64,000 nucleotides of DNA, from assembly GCA_036653735.1 (NCBI GenBank), contig JAVVTI010000001.1, forward strand, positions 8,881 to 72,880, read 5' to 3'. The DNA comes from Bacilli bacterium. Its GTDB lineage: Bacteria; Bacillota_I; Bacilli_A; RF39; UBA660. A program made the position numbers and the translations under genes. The notes beneath the pieces were generated by a model, which was given only the letters and a program-made list of their open reading frames with translations, did not search any database and was not told where the DNA came from. Shown here piece by piece: positions 16,419 through 26,196 of the stretch; the stretch's first letter is position 1; the number at the start of each line of letters is the position of its first letter.

Positions 16419-19133
16419 TTGGGTAAATATGGACTAGAGATAAAGAATATTAAAGCTGGAACTTTATATGGATATAATAATGGTGTTAGAACGAGATATG
16501 AAAGTAACCGAGCAATGTTTAATAATAGCTTGTTTAATAATTATATTTGTAAAAATGGATTGAGTGTATATAAAGATAAATCAACTAGGGATATTATTTG
16601 TTTAGATTTTGATTTCGGCTCATTCTCTTACGAAGAAGAAAAAGATAGATTAGAAGAAAAATTAAATTATGCTGATGATGAATCTAAACAACGTATTATA
16701 GATTTATTAGAAAAGATTGATATAAACAAAGATAAATATATTAAAAAGTCAAAAGAAGAAATTCGAGATGATTATTACGAAAATGGTGTGACAATAAGAT
16801 ATCAACAAAAAGACAAATTGGAAAATATTGTAAAAGAAGATGATATTGATTATAAAATGTTATATCGTAGTCCTGCTAAGGCAAAATTAGGGCAAGCAAT
16901 TTTTATTAATAAAAAATTATATAATAAGGCTTATAATTGGCTTACTATGGGATTAGGAAATAAAATGCCAAAGGATAATGCAAAAATTGTGGAAATGTCG
17001 GCATATGCACCTTTAACAACTAGTACCATTGTTGATACAATTCATATTCCGATTGAAGATATTGTAATATTAAAAGACCAAGAATCAATATTCAAAACTT
17101 TAGCGAATGTTGTAAAAGCTGAAATTGTAAATGGTAATAAAAAATGTGTTGTGGCGAAAGAAGAAACAAGTGTTGTAAATACAATGTGGGACGGAATGGC
17201 TTTGATTGAAGAATCTTATATTCCAAAAAATATTGAAATGAATGGAATGCTTTTAGTTCGTAATCATTTTTTTAAGTCATGTGGAGTTAAGTCTAAAATA
17301 CAATTATTCTTAAGAGATTGGTGTCGCAATAATAACATTGATTTTGATACATTTGAAATTGAGGATATGTTCGGAATTAAACATAAGGCAAAAGATATTA
17401 AAATGGTTACCACGGATAATTCAATTAAGTGGAAAAAGTTTTCTAATTTAATGGGAAATAATGATTTAGAAGCATATCAGTATTGGTGTAATAAAATTAA
17501 CGAGGACGGAAGTATTTTTGGAATTGTTAAAACAGACCATTCAAGTAAAATGGGGAATAGTCAACAAATGAGTTATCAGATGGTTAATACTTTGCCTTGC
17601 ACATTTGAAGAAGTCGGTGATATTGCCAAACAAAGTATTGATTATGTGGAATTAATTAAATCAGATGATGATGAATTTGAAAAGTTTCTTAGAGATAATA
17701 AAAACGAAATCAACCACTATGAAATGTTAGCAGATTTATATAAGCAAAATAAATTATTTGCAAAATGTGAATGGTTCAGAGTTGAAAAAAAGAAAATAAT
17801 TTTTGCTTACGTGGAAAGGTTAAGAAAAGGGAAAATATTTGTAAGAGGGGATAATTTAACAATTTTTGGGAATCCATATGGTTTGTTATTACATTGTGTC
17901 GGGGAAAATTATGAAAATGATAAAACTTTACAACAAGAAAATGATTGTATACAGTGTTATACTAAACAGTTTAAAGATGGTGAATATTTAAGTGCATTTA
18001 GAAATCCACATAATTCCCCTAATAATATTGCCTATTTACATAATGTTTATTCTGATGAAATGGAAAAATATTTTTCTTTCAGTGATAATATTATAGCTGT
18101 AAATTGTATCCATACGGATATACAAGATAGGGCAAACTCAATGGATTTTGATAGTGATTTTATGTTTGTTACGAACCAAAAAACAACAGTAAAATGTGCA
18201 AAGGAGTGCTATAAAGATTATCCAACTATTGTAAATGCTTTAAAAGAAAGTGGTGTGACTTATCATAATACTAAAAAATCTTATTCAGATATGGATAATA
18301 AATTTTCAAATTCTAGGATAGGAATAGGAGTTTCAAGTAATCAGGCACAATTGGCATTAACTTATTATTGGACTGAATTAAGCAAACAAAACCCAAATAA
18401 AGAAATTTTGAAAGAGTTAAACGATAATTTTGTAATTTTGTCAGTTTTAGCACAAGTGATTATTGATGGGTGTAAAAGAGAATATGAAATTGATGCATTA
18501 AAAGAAATTGAAAGAATACAAAATATGAGATGTATGCAGATTAAAAAAACTACAAAATTAAAATGCGGAAAATCAAAAACGATAAATTATAATTTACCAA
18601 ACTTTATGAAATACACGAAAGAAATTAAATATACAAAAAATGGAAAAGATATCGAGATAGAAAAAATTCAATCTGATAAAAAGAGGATAACCGATAGAAT
18701 AAATCCTAGTTTAATATGTCCTATGAATTATTTAGAAAAACATTTGGATTCAATTAAGCAGATGGATAAAACAGATTGTTTAGAAACGAAAGATTTTTTT
18801 ATTAAAATGAGTGGTGATGGGAATAGGAGACAAATATCAAATATAGTGCGTTTAATAAATGAATATGATAGTGCTACAAAACACCTTATTATTTCCGATA
18901 AAATGATTGAAGGAGAAATAGTCGGGAAAACGGAAGAATTAATTAACGAGGTTTCTAAAATAAAAATAGGGAATATTATTACTATTAATAGATTAATTGA
19001 AACCGCTTTAAATTTAGAATTAAAAAATAATAGTGGCAAAAATAACTCAAAGTATTGCCGAAAATTATTGAACATTTTATACCGAACAAACAAAGAAAAG
19101 TTCTTAATTTGTTTTAAAATAGGCGAAAATTGA
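16419..19133 (+). CDS. Large (904 aa) protein of unknown function with DxD (ICLDFDFGS) and DFDSD motifs
   Basis: Long uninterrupted ORF with an RBS. No family recognised with confidence. Confidence 0.6.
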   Translation: MGKYGLEIKNIKAGTLYGYNNGVRTRYESNRAMFNNSLFNNYICKNGLSVYKDKSTRDIICLDFDFGSFSYEEEKDRLEEKLNYADDESKQRIIDLLEKIDINKDKYIKKSKEEIRDDYYENGVTIRYQQKDKLENIVKEDDIDYKMLYRSPAKAKLGQAIFINKKLYNKAYNWLTMGLGNKMPKDNAKIVEMSAYAPLTTSTIVDTIHIPIEDIVILKDQESIFKTLANVVKAEIVNGNKKCVVAKEETSVVNTMWDGMALIEESYIPKNIEMNGMLLVRNHFFKSCGVKSKIQLFLRDWCRNNNIDFDTFEIEDMFGIKHKAKDIKMVTTDNSIKWKKFSNLMGNNDLEAYQYWCNKINEDGSIFGIVKTDHSSKMGNSQQMSYQMVNTLPCTFEEVGDIAKQSIDYVELIKSDDDEFEKFLRDNKNEINHYEMLADLYKQNKLFAKCEWFRVEKKKIIFAYVERLRKGKIFVRGDNLTIFGNPYGLLLHCVGENYENDKTLQQENDCIQCYTKQFKDGEYLSAFRNPHNSPNNIAYLHNVYSDEMEKYFSFSDNIIAVNCIHTDIQDRANSMDFDSDFMFVTNQKTTVKCAKECYKDYPTIVNALKESGVTYHNTKKSYSDMDNKFSNSRIGIGVSSNQAQLALTYYWTELSKQNPNKEILKELNDNFVILSVLAQVIIDGCKREYEIDALKEIERIQNMRCMQIKKTTKLKCGKSKTINYNLPNFMKYTKEIKYTKNGKDIEIEKIQSDKKRITDRINPSLICPMNYLEKHLDSIKQMDKTDCLETKDFFIKMSGDGNRRQISNIVRLINEYDSATKHLIISDKMIEGEIVGKTEELINEVSKIKIGNIITINRLIETALNLELKNNSGKNNSKYCRKLLNILYRTNKEKFLICFKIGEN

Positions 19134-19364
19134 CCAAAAACTGCACGGTAACTCAACCTCAAAAACCCTGTAACCCTTGCTACTACTAGGTTTGCGAGCA
19201 AAAAGTATCGTCCCTAATAAGGGAGAGAAAGCAAAAATTTTGTTAGTATCACCATTCGCTATTGCCGATGCGATAAATAAATAAGGAATTGCAATCAAGA
19301 TAGCCCGACCATAGGCTTTGTATGTGGTCTATATATAAATAATAAAATGAAAGGAATGATATAA

Positions 19365-19766
19365 TTGGCAAGACCAAGTTATGATAGAAGAAATAGAAAG
19401 CAAACACAAGAGTTGATTGGTGAAAGAGATTTATATCGTGCGATTAAACAACATAAAGAAGTCGCAGACTATAATCTTACCATGGAACAAATTAGAGGTG
19501 TTTTTAGAGCATATGCCGACATTGTACATAGAGGTTTAATTAATAGTATTAGAATTACTTTACCATATATGGGAGAATTTTTCAAAGCAAAGCAAGAAGG
19601 ATTTAAAGGTGGTATGATAAAAATTCCAGATAAAGGAATGGAGTTTAAAAAAGGGTGTACATTTCATGAAGAATATTTTCCACCAACACCAGATTATGGC
19701 ATTATGAGATTTGAAGTAAGAAAATCTTTACAAGAAAAATTTAAAGAGGAAACGGTATTTAAATAA
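19365..19766 (+). CDS. HU / IHF-like DNA-binding domain protein (TTG start)
   Basis: LTMEQIRGVFRAYADIVHRGLINSIRITLPYMGEF resembles the HU-fold helix-arm region. Confidence 0.35.
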   Translation: MARPSYDRRNRKQTQELIGERDLYRAIKQHKEVADYNLTMEQIRGVFRAYADIVHRGLINSIRITLPYMGEFFKAKQEGFKGGMIKIPDKGMEFKKGCTFHEEYFPPTPDYGIMRFEVRKSLQEKFKEETVFK

Positions 19767-20455
19767 TGGGAAAAGCAATGTCTGATAAAGATTTTAATGA
19801 TATTATTGCTATTAAATGTGGAATATCTTCTATTACAGTAAAAAGAGTATGGAATAATATAAAAAAATTAATTGTATCAGAGTTACAAAATAACTCGTAC
19901 ATAAGAATAGAAAATTTTGGAAAATTTGAACTTATTAAAAAAGGAGGGAAAGATGAATGGTTTGAAAATCAGATGGGAATACAAGAACAGCGCTATGTTG
20001 AGCCATTTGATTTTGTAGAGTTTAGTCCAAGTGCAAATTTTATAAACTCTGTAAATAATGGACTTGTTGATTCATGGTCTAAATATAGATTTGAAAATGA
20101 TGAATTAACTACTTATGATAAAATTTTATTAGATATAGAAACAGACCTCACTGTAGATGAAGTATTATTTGATTTATTAAATAAGAAAAAAAAAAGACAA
20201 ATAAAAGAAGCTACTAGGAATAAACTTTATCAACAAGGGCAAAATTTAGGAAAAACAGAATTGACAAAAGGTAAACCGATTAGATGTGTTACGAATGGAG
20301 TTGAATATAAATCTGTTTATAGTGCATCTCAAGCTTTAAATATTAGAGCGATTAAAATGTATCAAAATTTTAATAAAGGTATTTTTTTAATAGATGGGTA
20401 TGAGTTTGAATTTATCAATGAAATAGAGGAGAAAAATAGTAATGACGAATTGTGA
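19766..20455 (+). CDS. HU-like N-terminal domain protein with a C-terminal extension
   Basis: DIIAIKCGISSITVKRVWNNIKKLIVSELQNNSYIRIENFGKFEL is HU-like. Translationally coupled to the previous gene. Confidence 0.35.
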   Translation: MGKAMSDKDFNDIIAIKCGISSITVKRVWNNIKKLIVSELQNNSYIRIENFGKFELIKKGGKDEWFENQMGIQEQRYVEPFDFVEFSPSANFINSVNNGLVDSWSKYRFENDELTTYDKILLDIETDLTVDEVLFDLLNKKKKRQIKEATRNKLYQQGQNLGKTELTKGKPIRCVTNGVEYKSVYSASQALNIRAIKMYQNFNKGIFLIDGYEFEFINEIEEKNSNDEL

Positions 20456-20624
20456 TAAAGAATTTTTAACAATTGACAAAACAGGTGTTCTCGATGAAAA
20501 TGAAAACGGAGAATTAATATTGTATATTGAATTGAAAGATGTTAGAAAAGAATACAATGTTGTGGAACTATTAAAAAGAATGTTAGGTTCAACGGTTCAG
20601 ATTAAATCTGTAAATGAGGGATAA
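20442..20624 (+). CDS. Hypothetical small protein
   Basis: 60-aa ORF overlapping the previous stop. Confidence 0.3.
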   Translation: MTNCDKEFLTIDKTGVLDENENGELILYIELKDVRKEYNVVELLKRMLGSTVQIKSVNEG

Positions 20625-20769
20625 TCCATGACAGATTATAAAAAATTTGAAAATGAAAGTGATGAAGAACTAATTTACCGAATTTGTTCAGAAAAGGATA
20701 TTATCGGTTCATGGCAAGATGTGGGTGATATTTTAAAGAGGTTCAAAGCAGAAATCCTCTAGGTCTTTA

Positions 20770-22390
20770 GCCTATATAAGAAAGAGTTACCAAAACATTA
20801 TTGGACAGAGAATACTTTCTTTACAGATGGATATTTTGTATTAACAATTGGAGAAGTAAGTAGTAAAATGTTGAAAAGTATATAGAAAATCAAGGATAAA
20901 AGAGAAAATTAATAGCTAGGAAGGAAGTGATTGCAGATGCTAATAGCATATAAATACAGATTATATCCAAATAAGTCTCAACAAGAATATTTCTCAAAGT
21001 GTTTCGGTTGTGTGCGTTTCATCTATAATCATATGCTTTCAGATAAGATTGACTATTATAAAGAAACAAAACAAAAACTCAATAACACACCTGCTCAATA
21101 TAAAAAGGATTTTGAGTGGTTAAAAGAAGTAGATTCTCTCGCTCTTGCAAATACACAGATGAATTTACAAACTGCTTATAATAATTTCTTCAAACGTCCA
21201 GATGTGGGATTTCCGAAATTTAAAAGTAAGAAGAATAATCATTTGTCTTACACTACGAATAATCAAGGTGGGAATATCTATGTTTCAGACAGGTACATAA
21301 AACTTCCTAAAATTGGATTAGTTAAAGTTAAGAAACACAGAGATTTCAATGGTATTATCAAGTCTGTAACTGTTTCTAAGAATCCATCTGGTAAATATTT
21401 TGTATCAGTTCTAGTAGACCAAGAAGAAAAAGTGAAACTGCCTACTACTGATTCTAAAATTGGAATTGATTTAGGAATTAAAGAGTTCTGCATAACCTCC
21501 AATGGAGAAATGATTAAGAACCAAAAGTATCTTCGTAAATCTGAAAAGAGATTAAGTAAGTCGCAAAAGGATTTGTCTCGTGCAGTAAAAGGAAGTAATA
21601 ACAGAAATAAAGCAAGAATTAAAATTGCTAAAAAGCACGAAAAGATTGTGAATCAACGCAAAGATTTCTTAAACAAATTGTCTATAAGTATGATTCGTGA
21701 GAACCAAACAATTGCCTTAGAGACATTAAAAGTTAAGAATATGATGAGTAATCATAAACTAGCAAAATCTATAGCAGATGTATCTTGGAGTGAGTTTGTT
21801 CGGCAATTAGAGTACAAATCTAAATGGTATGGGCGAGAAATCGTAAAAATTGATACATGGTATCCAAGTTCACAAATTTGTTCTAACTGTGGGCATAAAG
21901 ATGGGAAAAAAGCATTGTCGATTAGAGAATGGACTTGCTCTAAATGTGGCACACATCACGAAAGAGATATAAACGCTGCAATAAATATATTAAACGAAGG
22001 ACTAAGGCAACTTATAGACTAAGGAGTAAGTAAGAAGTGTTGGAGCAACACGGATAGCCTGTGTAAACTTGTGCAGTTATGCATATTGAGCAGGAAACAA
22101 GCAAGTCTTTAGCTTGGTTGCGGTTCACATTAAATATTTCAGCCCTAATTGGTTAAAGGTTAAACCCAATGGTTATTGAATAGCACTTATCCACAATTAA
22201 AATAAATAGTGCTATAAACCACACGTTTTTACAGTATTGTGTGTTAAAAAATTAAAATTTACTGTTTGATTAAGTCTTTTACTGATGACAAAGGAAGAGT
22301 GAGATATCAATCCTAGTAAAATGATGGGATAGGATATCAAGATTTGTGGAGTTGGCTAAAGGATAAGTACCAATTGTCAAAAATCCTTAT
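20770..22390 (+). mobile_element. TnpB-only (IS1341-like) insertion element; boundaries approximate; structured right-end / omega-RNA region at 22023-22390
   Basis: TnpB ORF. A 370-bp GC-richer non-coding right end. The 9-mer GTCTTTAGC occurs near both flanks (20763, 22089). A 44-aa ORF (20627-20761) ends abruptly at the left flank. Confidence 0.4.
20931..22022 (+). CDS. tnpB: IS200/IS605-family accessory protein TnpB (OrfB, RuvC-like plus Zn finger)
   Basis: N-terminal [15 protein letters not shown] ..., a central RuvC-like region, and C-terminal CSNCGH ... CSKCG Zn finger. 363 aa. No tnpA adjacent. Confidence 0.9.
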   Translation: MQMLIAYKYRLYPNKSQQEYFSKCFGCVRFIYNHMLSDKIDYYKETKQKLNNTPAQYKKDFEWLKEVDSLALANTQMNLQTAYNNFFKRPDVGFPKFKSKKNNHLSYTTNNQGGNIYVSDRYIKLPKIGLVKVKKHRDFNGIIKSVTVSKNPSGKYFVSVLVDQEEKVKLPTTDSKIGIDLGIKEFCITSNGEMIKNQKYLRKSEKRLSKSQKDLSRAVKGSNNRNKARIKIAKKHEKIVNQRKDFLNKLSISMIRENQTIALETLKVKNMMSNHKLAKSIADVSWSEFVRQLEYKSKWYGREIVKIDTWYPSSQICSNCGHKDGKKALSIREWTCSKCGTHHERDINAAINILNEGLRQLID

Positions 22391-22392
22391 AA

Positions 22393-22463
22393 TGGGAATT
22401 AGTATAATGGTAGTACACCACCTTTTGACGGTGATAGTAGCGGTTCAAATCCACTATTCCTAG
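22393..22463 (+). tRNA. tRNA-Gln-like, anticodon TTG (71 nt)
   Basis: Manual fold: acceptor TGGGAAT / ATTCCTA; D-arm GTAT-AATGGTA-GTAC; anticodon stem CCACC / GGTGA; loop TTTTGAC; T-arm AGCGG-TTCAAAT-CCACT. A few mismatches remain. Confidence 0.5.
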
Positions 22464-22488
22464 CTAAATAAAAGAAAGGACAAATAAT

Positions 22489-22788
22489 ATGAATCAGGTA
22501 TATCAAAATGGAAATTTTAAAATATATCATTCAAAAAACGGATATATTGTACATAATAGCGAAATGAAAAATTTTGCTCACTCTCATATTAAAAATTTTT
22601 CAGCTTGTAAAATGCTTATTAGTCTATCTTTGATGAAAAAAGTTCCTAATAACTTAAATGAATATTTTTTAATTAGTTTATTAAAAATAAATGATAATAA
22701 AGAATATTCACAAAAAATAAAAGAATTGTTATTGTCAAGAAGTAATAAAAAAAAGAAAAATATTATAGTTCTAAGAAAGGAAGAATAA
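22489..22788 (+). CDS. Hypothetical protein
   Basis: 99-aa ORF with an RBS immediately after the tRNA. Confidence 0.4.
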   Translation: MNQVYQNGNFKIYHSKNGYIVHNSEMKNFAHSHIKNFSACKMLISLSLMKKVPNNLNEYFLISLLKINDNKEYSQKIKELLLSRSNKKKKNIIVLRKEE

Positions 22789-22792
22789 ATTA

Positions 22793-22978
22793 GTGACCTC
22801 AAGTGAAATAAAAAGTTTCATACAAGTTAGAAAAGGTGAATTATGTAGTGACGAAATTTTAAGTATAATAGATATAAAAAAGAATCCTCAAATAAATCAT
22901 ATTATTTATGAAAATAATAAATATACAATGTGGGATTATGAAGGAAATGAATTTAATTTTATGTTTCGTAATTGGTAA
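22793..22978 (+). CDS. Hypothetical small protein
   Basis: 61-aa ORF. Confidence 0.3.
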   Translation: MTSSEIKSFIQVRKGELCSDEILSIIDIKKNPQINHIIYENNKYTMWDYEGNEFNFMFRNW

Positions 22979-23367
22979 AATTTAAAGTAAAAAAGTTTGT
23001 CAGATAATTAGTTTAACTTTTATATTATTTAATAAGGATATAGCCTATAATATATCCTTATTTTTTTTAATATAAAAGTTAAAAAATATCCTTTATACTT
23101 TAGAAAAAGTGATTGTATTTTAAAAAAAATAAACGTTTTTAAAGAATTTATTGTTTTTACTTGTAAATATAGAAAGAAAATTTATTTTCATAAAACATGA
23201 TACATTACAAAAATGCAAACCAAAGTATAAAAATTTATCATATAGTAAGACATTTATAATAAAAAAAAGAGTTGTATGAATTATAAGAGAATTTATTATA
23301 TGAATTATGGTATTAGGATTATTAAAATCTTGGAATTTAGCATGTTATGTAGAAACAAGGATAAGGA

Positions 23368-24312
23368 GTGATATTTATCGAAGAACAAAAAATAACTAAA
23401 GAAGGAGTTAGGATAAAAAAAGAGAGAGTTTCTCATTGTATTGATTGTATGAGAGATTATCCCATAAGTAATTTTTATCCATCAAAAGGTTTTTTTTTAG
23501 GAAATGCAAAAGTAATACCTTATTGTAAAAGTTGTTGTGAACAAATATTGAGAGAAAATTTAAAACGTTGTGGTACTTTAGAATCTGCATTATGGATAAC
23601 TTGTTCTAAATTAGATGTGCCCTTTATAAAACGCGTCTTTGAATCAACTGTTAAATATAAAAATAATTATCAAGAAACAAGTGGAAAAGATGATTCAGAC
23701 TATAATATTTTTGGTTATTACTATATGTTTTTATGGGGAACTAAAAGTATGCAAAAGAAAGGGGAAGAATGGAATGATTTTAAAGCTACTGATGTTGCCA
23801 TGGGAGAAATACAAGTTTTAAAAAAAAGTGAAGATGCTTTAAAATTAGAAATGGAAAAGTTTTCTCTTGATTGGGGTCATCGAGCAGATATTGAAGATTA
23901 TCAATATTTAGAATATGAATTTGATAGATTGACAAAAGATAAACCATTAAAACCACAAGAAGAAACATTATATAGAAAACTTTGTATTATTGAATTAGTA
24001 ATGCGTAAAAAAGAGGAAACAAATGAATCTACCAATGTAGAGCAATCTCAAATGTTAAATTTAATGAAAACTTTAAAAATAGATAATTTTTCAGAAGATA
24101 AGGACTTGTCTTTAGTAGAGAGAATGTTAGAAAATCAAATAGCAATTATTGAAAAAGAAAAACCATGTTTTCATTATAAAGATTTAAAAAAAAATGCTGA
24201 TTTTGTAGGAAGAGGGAGATATTGGGAAGACCACGTTATTAGACCTCTAAGAAATTTATTATGTAATACTAAAGAATATAAAATAAAAAGAGATAACCAA
24301 GAGGAAATATGA
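23368..24312 (+). CDS. Zn-finger protein immediately upstream of terL; putative terminase small subunit by position
   Basis: N-terminal CIDC ... CKSCC Zn ribbon. 314 aa. Translationally coupled to the large terminase. Confidence 0.3.
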   Translation: MIFIEEQKITKEGVRIKKERVSHCIDCMRDYPISNFYPSKGFFLGNAKVIPYCKSCCEQILRENLKRCGTLESALWITCSKLDVPFIKRVFESTVKYKNNYQETSGKDDSDYNIFGYYYMFLWGTKSMQKKGEEWNDFKATDVAMGEIQVLKKSEDALKLEMEKFSLDWGHRADIEDYQYLEYEFDRLTKDKPLKPQEETLYRKLCIIELVMRKKEETNESTNVEQSQMLNLMKTLKIDNFSEDKDLSLVERMLENQIAIIEKEKPCFHYKDLKKNADFVGRGRYWEDHVIRPLRNLLCNTKEYKIKRDNQEEI

Positions 24313-24313
24313 T

Positions 24314-26173
24314 ATGGTTACTTTAAAAGAATTAATTGAAGCTAGACGAAAAAAAGAAAATAAACGTAAAAAACCCTTAACGAAAGAACAACATGAAGAA
24401 CAAATCATTGATTGGTGTGATTTTTATAGGAAAAACTGGGATATTTATGCAGAACAAGATTTAGGAATAACAGCTCTTCACCCATTTCAAAGTATTGTAT
24501 TATATTTAGCTGGAATATCACAAGTGTTTTATTTTATGTGTAGCAGAGGAATGTCAAAATCGTTCCTATCTGCTTTAATTTCTTTTATTATATGTTTATT
24601 ATATCCAAATTCAGAAATAGTAATAACAGCAACAACCATGAAAACAGCAAAAAAAATGGTTAAAAATAAAATGCAAAAAGAATTATGTGGAGATTATTCA
24701 CCTAAATTAAAATATCTATATGAACATGATTTAATACATTTTACGATAGGTGATGAAGATATAAGAGTTGATTTTAAAATGAATAATTCATGGATATTAG
24801 TTTTACCGGAAACAGATAGTTCAAGAGGTGAACGTGTAACTGGTCTTATATTTGAAGAATATCGACAATCAAAACCAAGTATTGTAAATTCAGTGTTTAT
24901 CCCAATGAGAAGAGCGAGAAGAGCCGCATATCTATTTAAAGAAGAATTTAAAGAAGATAAAAGACTAATTGAAAATGCGCGGATTATTTATCTTACATCA
25001 ACAGGTTATAAATTTGAACATTTTTGGGAAACTTGGAAAACAGTAATAGATAAAATGTTTGACAAAAATAGTAAAACAAAATATATTGGATTTGCGGGTG
25101 ACATTGTTACATCAGTGTATCATAATCTAGTCACAGAAGAGGACTTTGAATTAGTAAAGAATGACCAATCCATTTCTGAAATGGAAATAGAAATGGAATA
25201 TTATAATGTTCCACAAGGCGAAATAGAAGGTTCTTATTATTCTATGAAACAGTTTAAAGACAATAGTGTTATAGAAAATGGATTTATTCCCCCTACGTAT
25301 GAAGAATTTGTAGAAAAATATGACAGAGGAAATATTCCGTATTTTAGGGAAAAAAAAGATGATGAAATAAGAATTATTTATGTTGATTTTGCATTTTCAG
25401 ATACTGTAATAAAGAATCAAGATAATGATAATACTGTAATTGGTTGTATGAGTGGATATCCAAACGAAGAAAGAGTAAGAATATTAAGAAATGTGGACTA
25501 TATGGAAACATACAGTGGAGGAGATAAAGAGAAGTCTTTAAAGAGGATTAGAGAATTATTCTATCTTTATTGTGCTGATTATTTTATTTATGATAACTTA
25601 AACGGAGGGCAGGATAGATTTGTTGATTTATCTAAGCCATATTATCATGAAGAACTAGGTATTGAAATGAATGGATTTGGTATAAGTACTGAAACTAATA
25701 TTACAGATGGTTTCTGTGAAGAAAATAAAGTTGCTAATTTATCAAATGGAGTGATAGATTCTAATTCAATACCAGTGTCAATTCCAGTTGTAGGGAGTTC
25801 AGAGCGAAATAATAATTATCATATTGTCATGAAAAATTCATTGAAAAATAATACAATTCGATTTCTTATGGACGAAATAGAATTAAAGAAAAAATTATTA
25901 AATGATAAAGAATTTATGTTTATGGATAGTTATTCAAAATCTAGGAGATTAATTGGACATGTTCAAATAGACTTAATGATTAATGAAGCCATAAAATTAG
26001 AAAAAAAAATAGTTAAGGGTTATATTAAATTAGAAGAACCTAGGACTGGAACAAAAGATAGAATAGTTGCCACTGAATATGGTAATTATTTTTTCTATTT
26101 AAAAGAGTTAGAAATGGTAAAAAAAGAACAAGAAAATACAACGGATTTAGAAGATATACAATTAGTATATTAA
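24314..26173 (+). CDS. terL: Terminase large subunit
   Basis: 619 aa. N-terminal ATPase with a Walker-A-like CSRGMSKSF. C-terminal nuclease-like region (IYVDFAFSDT). Position is before the portal. Confidence 0.7.
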   Translation: MVTLKELIEARRKKENKRKKPLTKEQHEEQIIDWCDFYRKNWDIYAEQDLGITALHPFQSIVLYLAGISQVFYFMCSRGMSKSFLSALISFIICLLYPNSEIVITATTMKTAKKMVKNKMQKELCGDYSPKLKYLYEHDLIHFTIGDEDIRVDFKMNNSWILVLPETDSSRGERVTGLIFEEYRQSKPSIVNSVFIPMRRARRAAYLFKEEFKEDKRLIENARIIYLTSTGYKFEHFWETWKTVIDKMFDKNSKTKYIGFAGDIVTSVYHNLVTEEDFELVKNDQSISEMEIEMEYYNVPQGEIEGSYYSMKQFKDNSVIENGFIPPTYEEFVEKYDRGNIPYFREKKDDEIRIIYVDFAFSDTVIKNQDNDNTVIGCMSGYPNEERVRILRNVDYMETYSGGDKEKSLKRIRELFYLYCADYFIYDNLNGGQDRFVDLSKPYYHEELGIEMNGFGISTETNITDGFCEENKVANLSNGVIDSNSIPVSIPVVGSSERNNNYHIVMKNSLKNNTIRFLMDEIELKKKLLNDKEFMFMDSYSKSRRLIGHVQIDLMINEAIKLEKKIVKGYIKLEEPRTGTKDRIVATEYGNYFFYLKELEMVKKEQENTTDLEDIQLVY

Positions 26174-26196
26174 AAAATGAGAAAGGAGGAAAAATT

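Noticed and set aside
18728-19298. Minus-strand ORFs 18728..19201 and 19104..19298 overlapping the end of the 904-aa gene
   Set aside because: They are antisense to a long well-supported ORF. Low-complexity hydrophobic translation with no RBS; treated as spurious.
23408-24000. ORFs 23408..23590 (-), 23639..23821 (+), 23786..23968 (-) inside the putative terS gene
   Set aside because: Nested within a longer ORF that is translationally coupled to terL; treated as frame noise.
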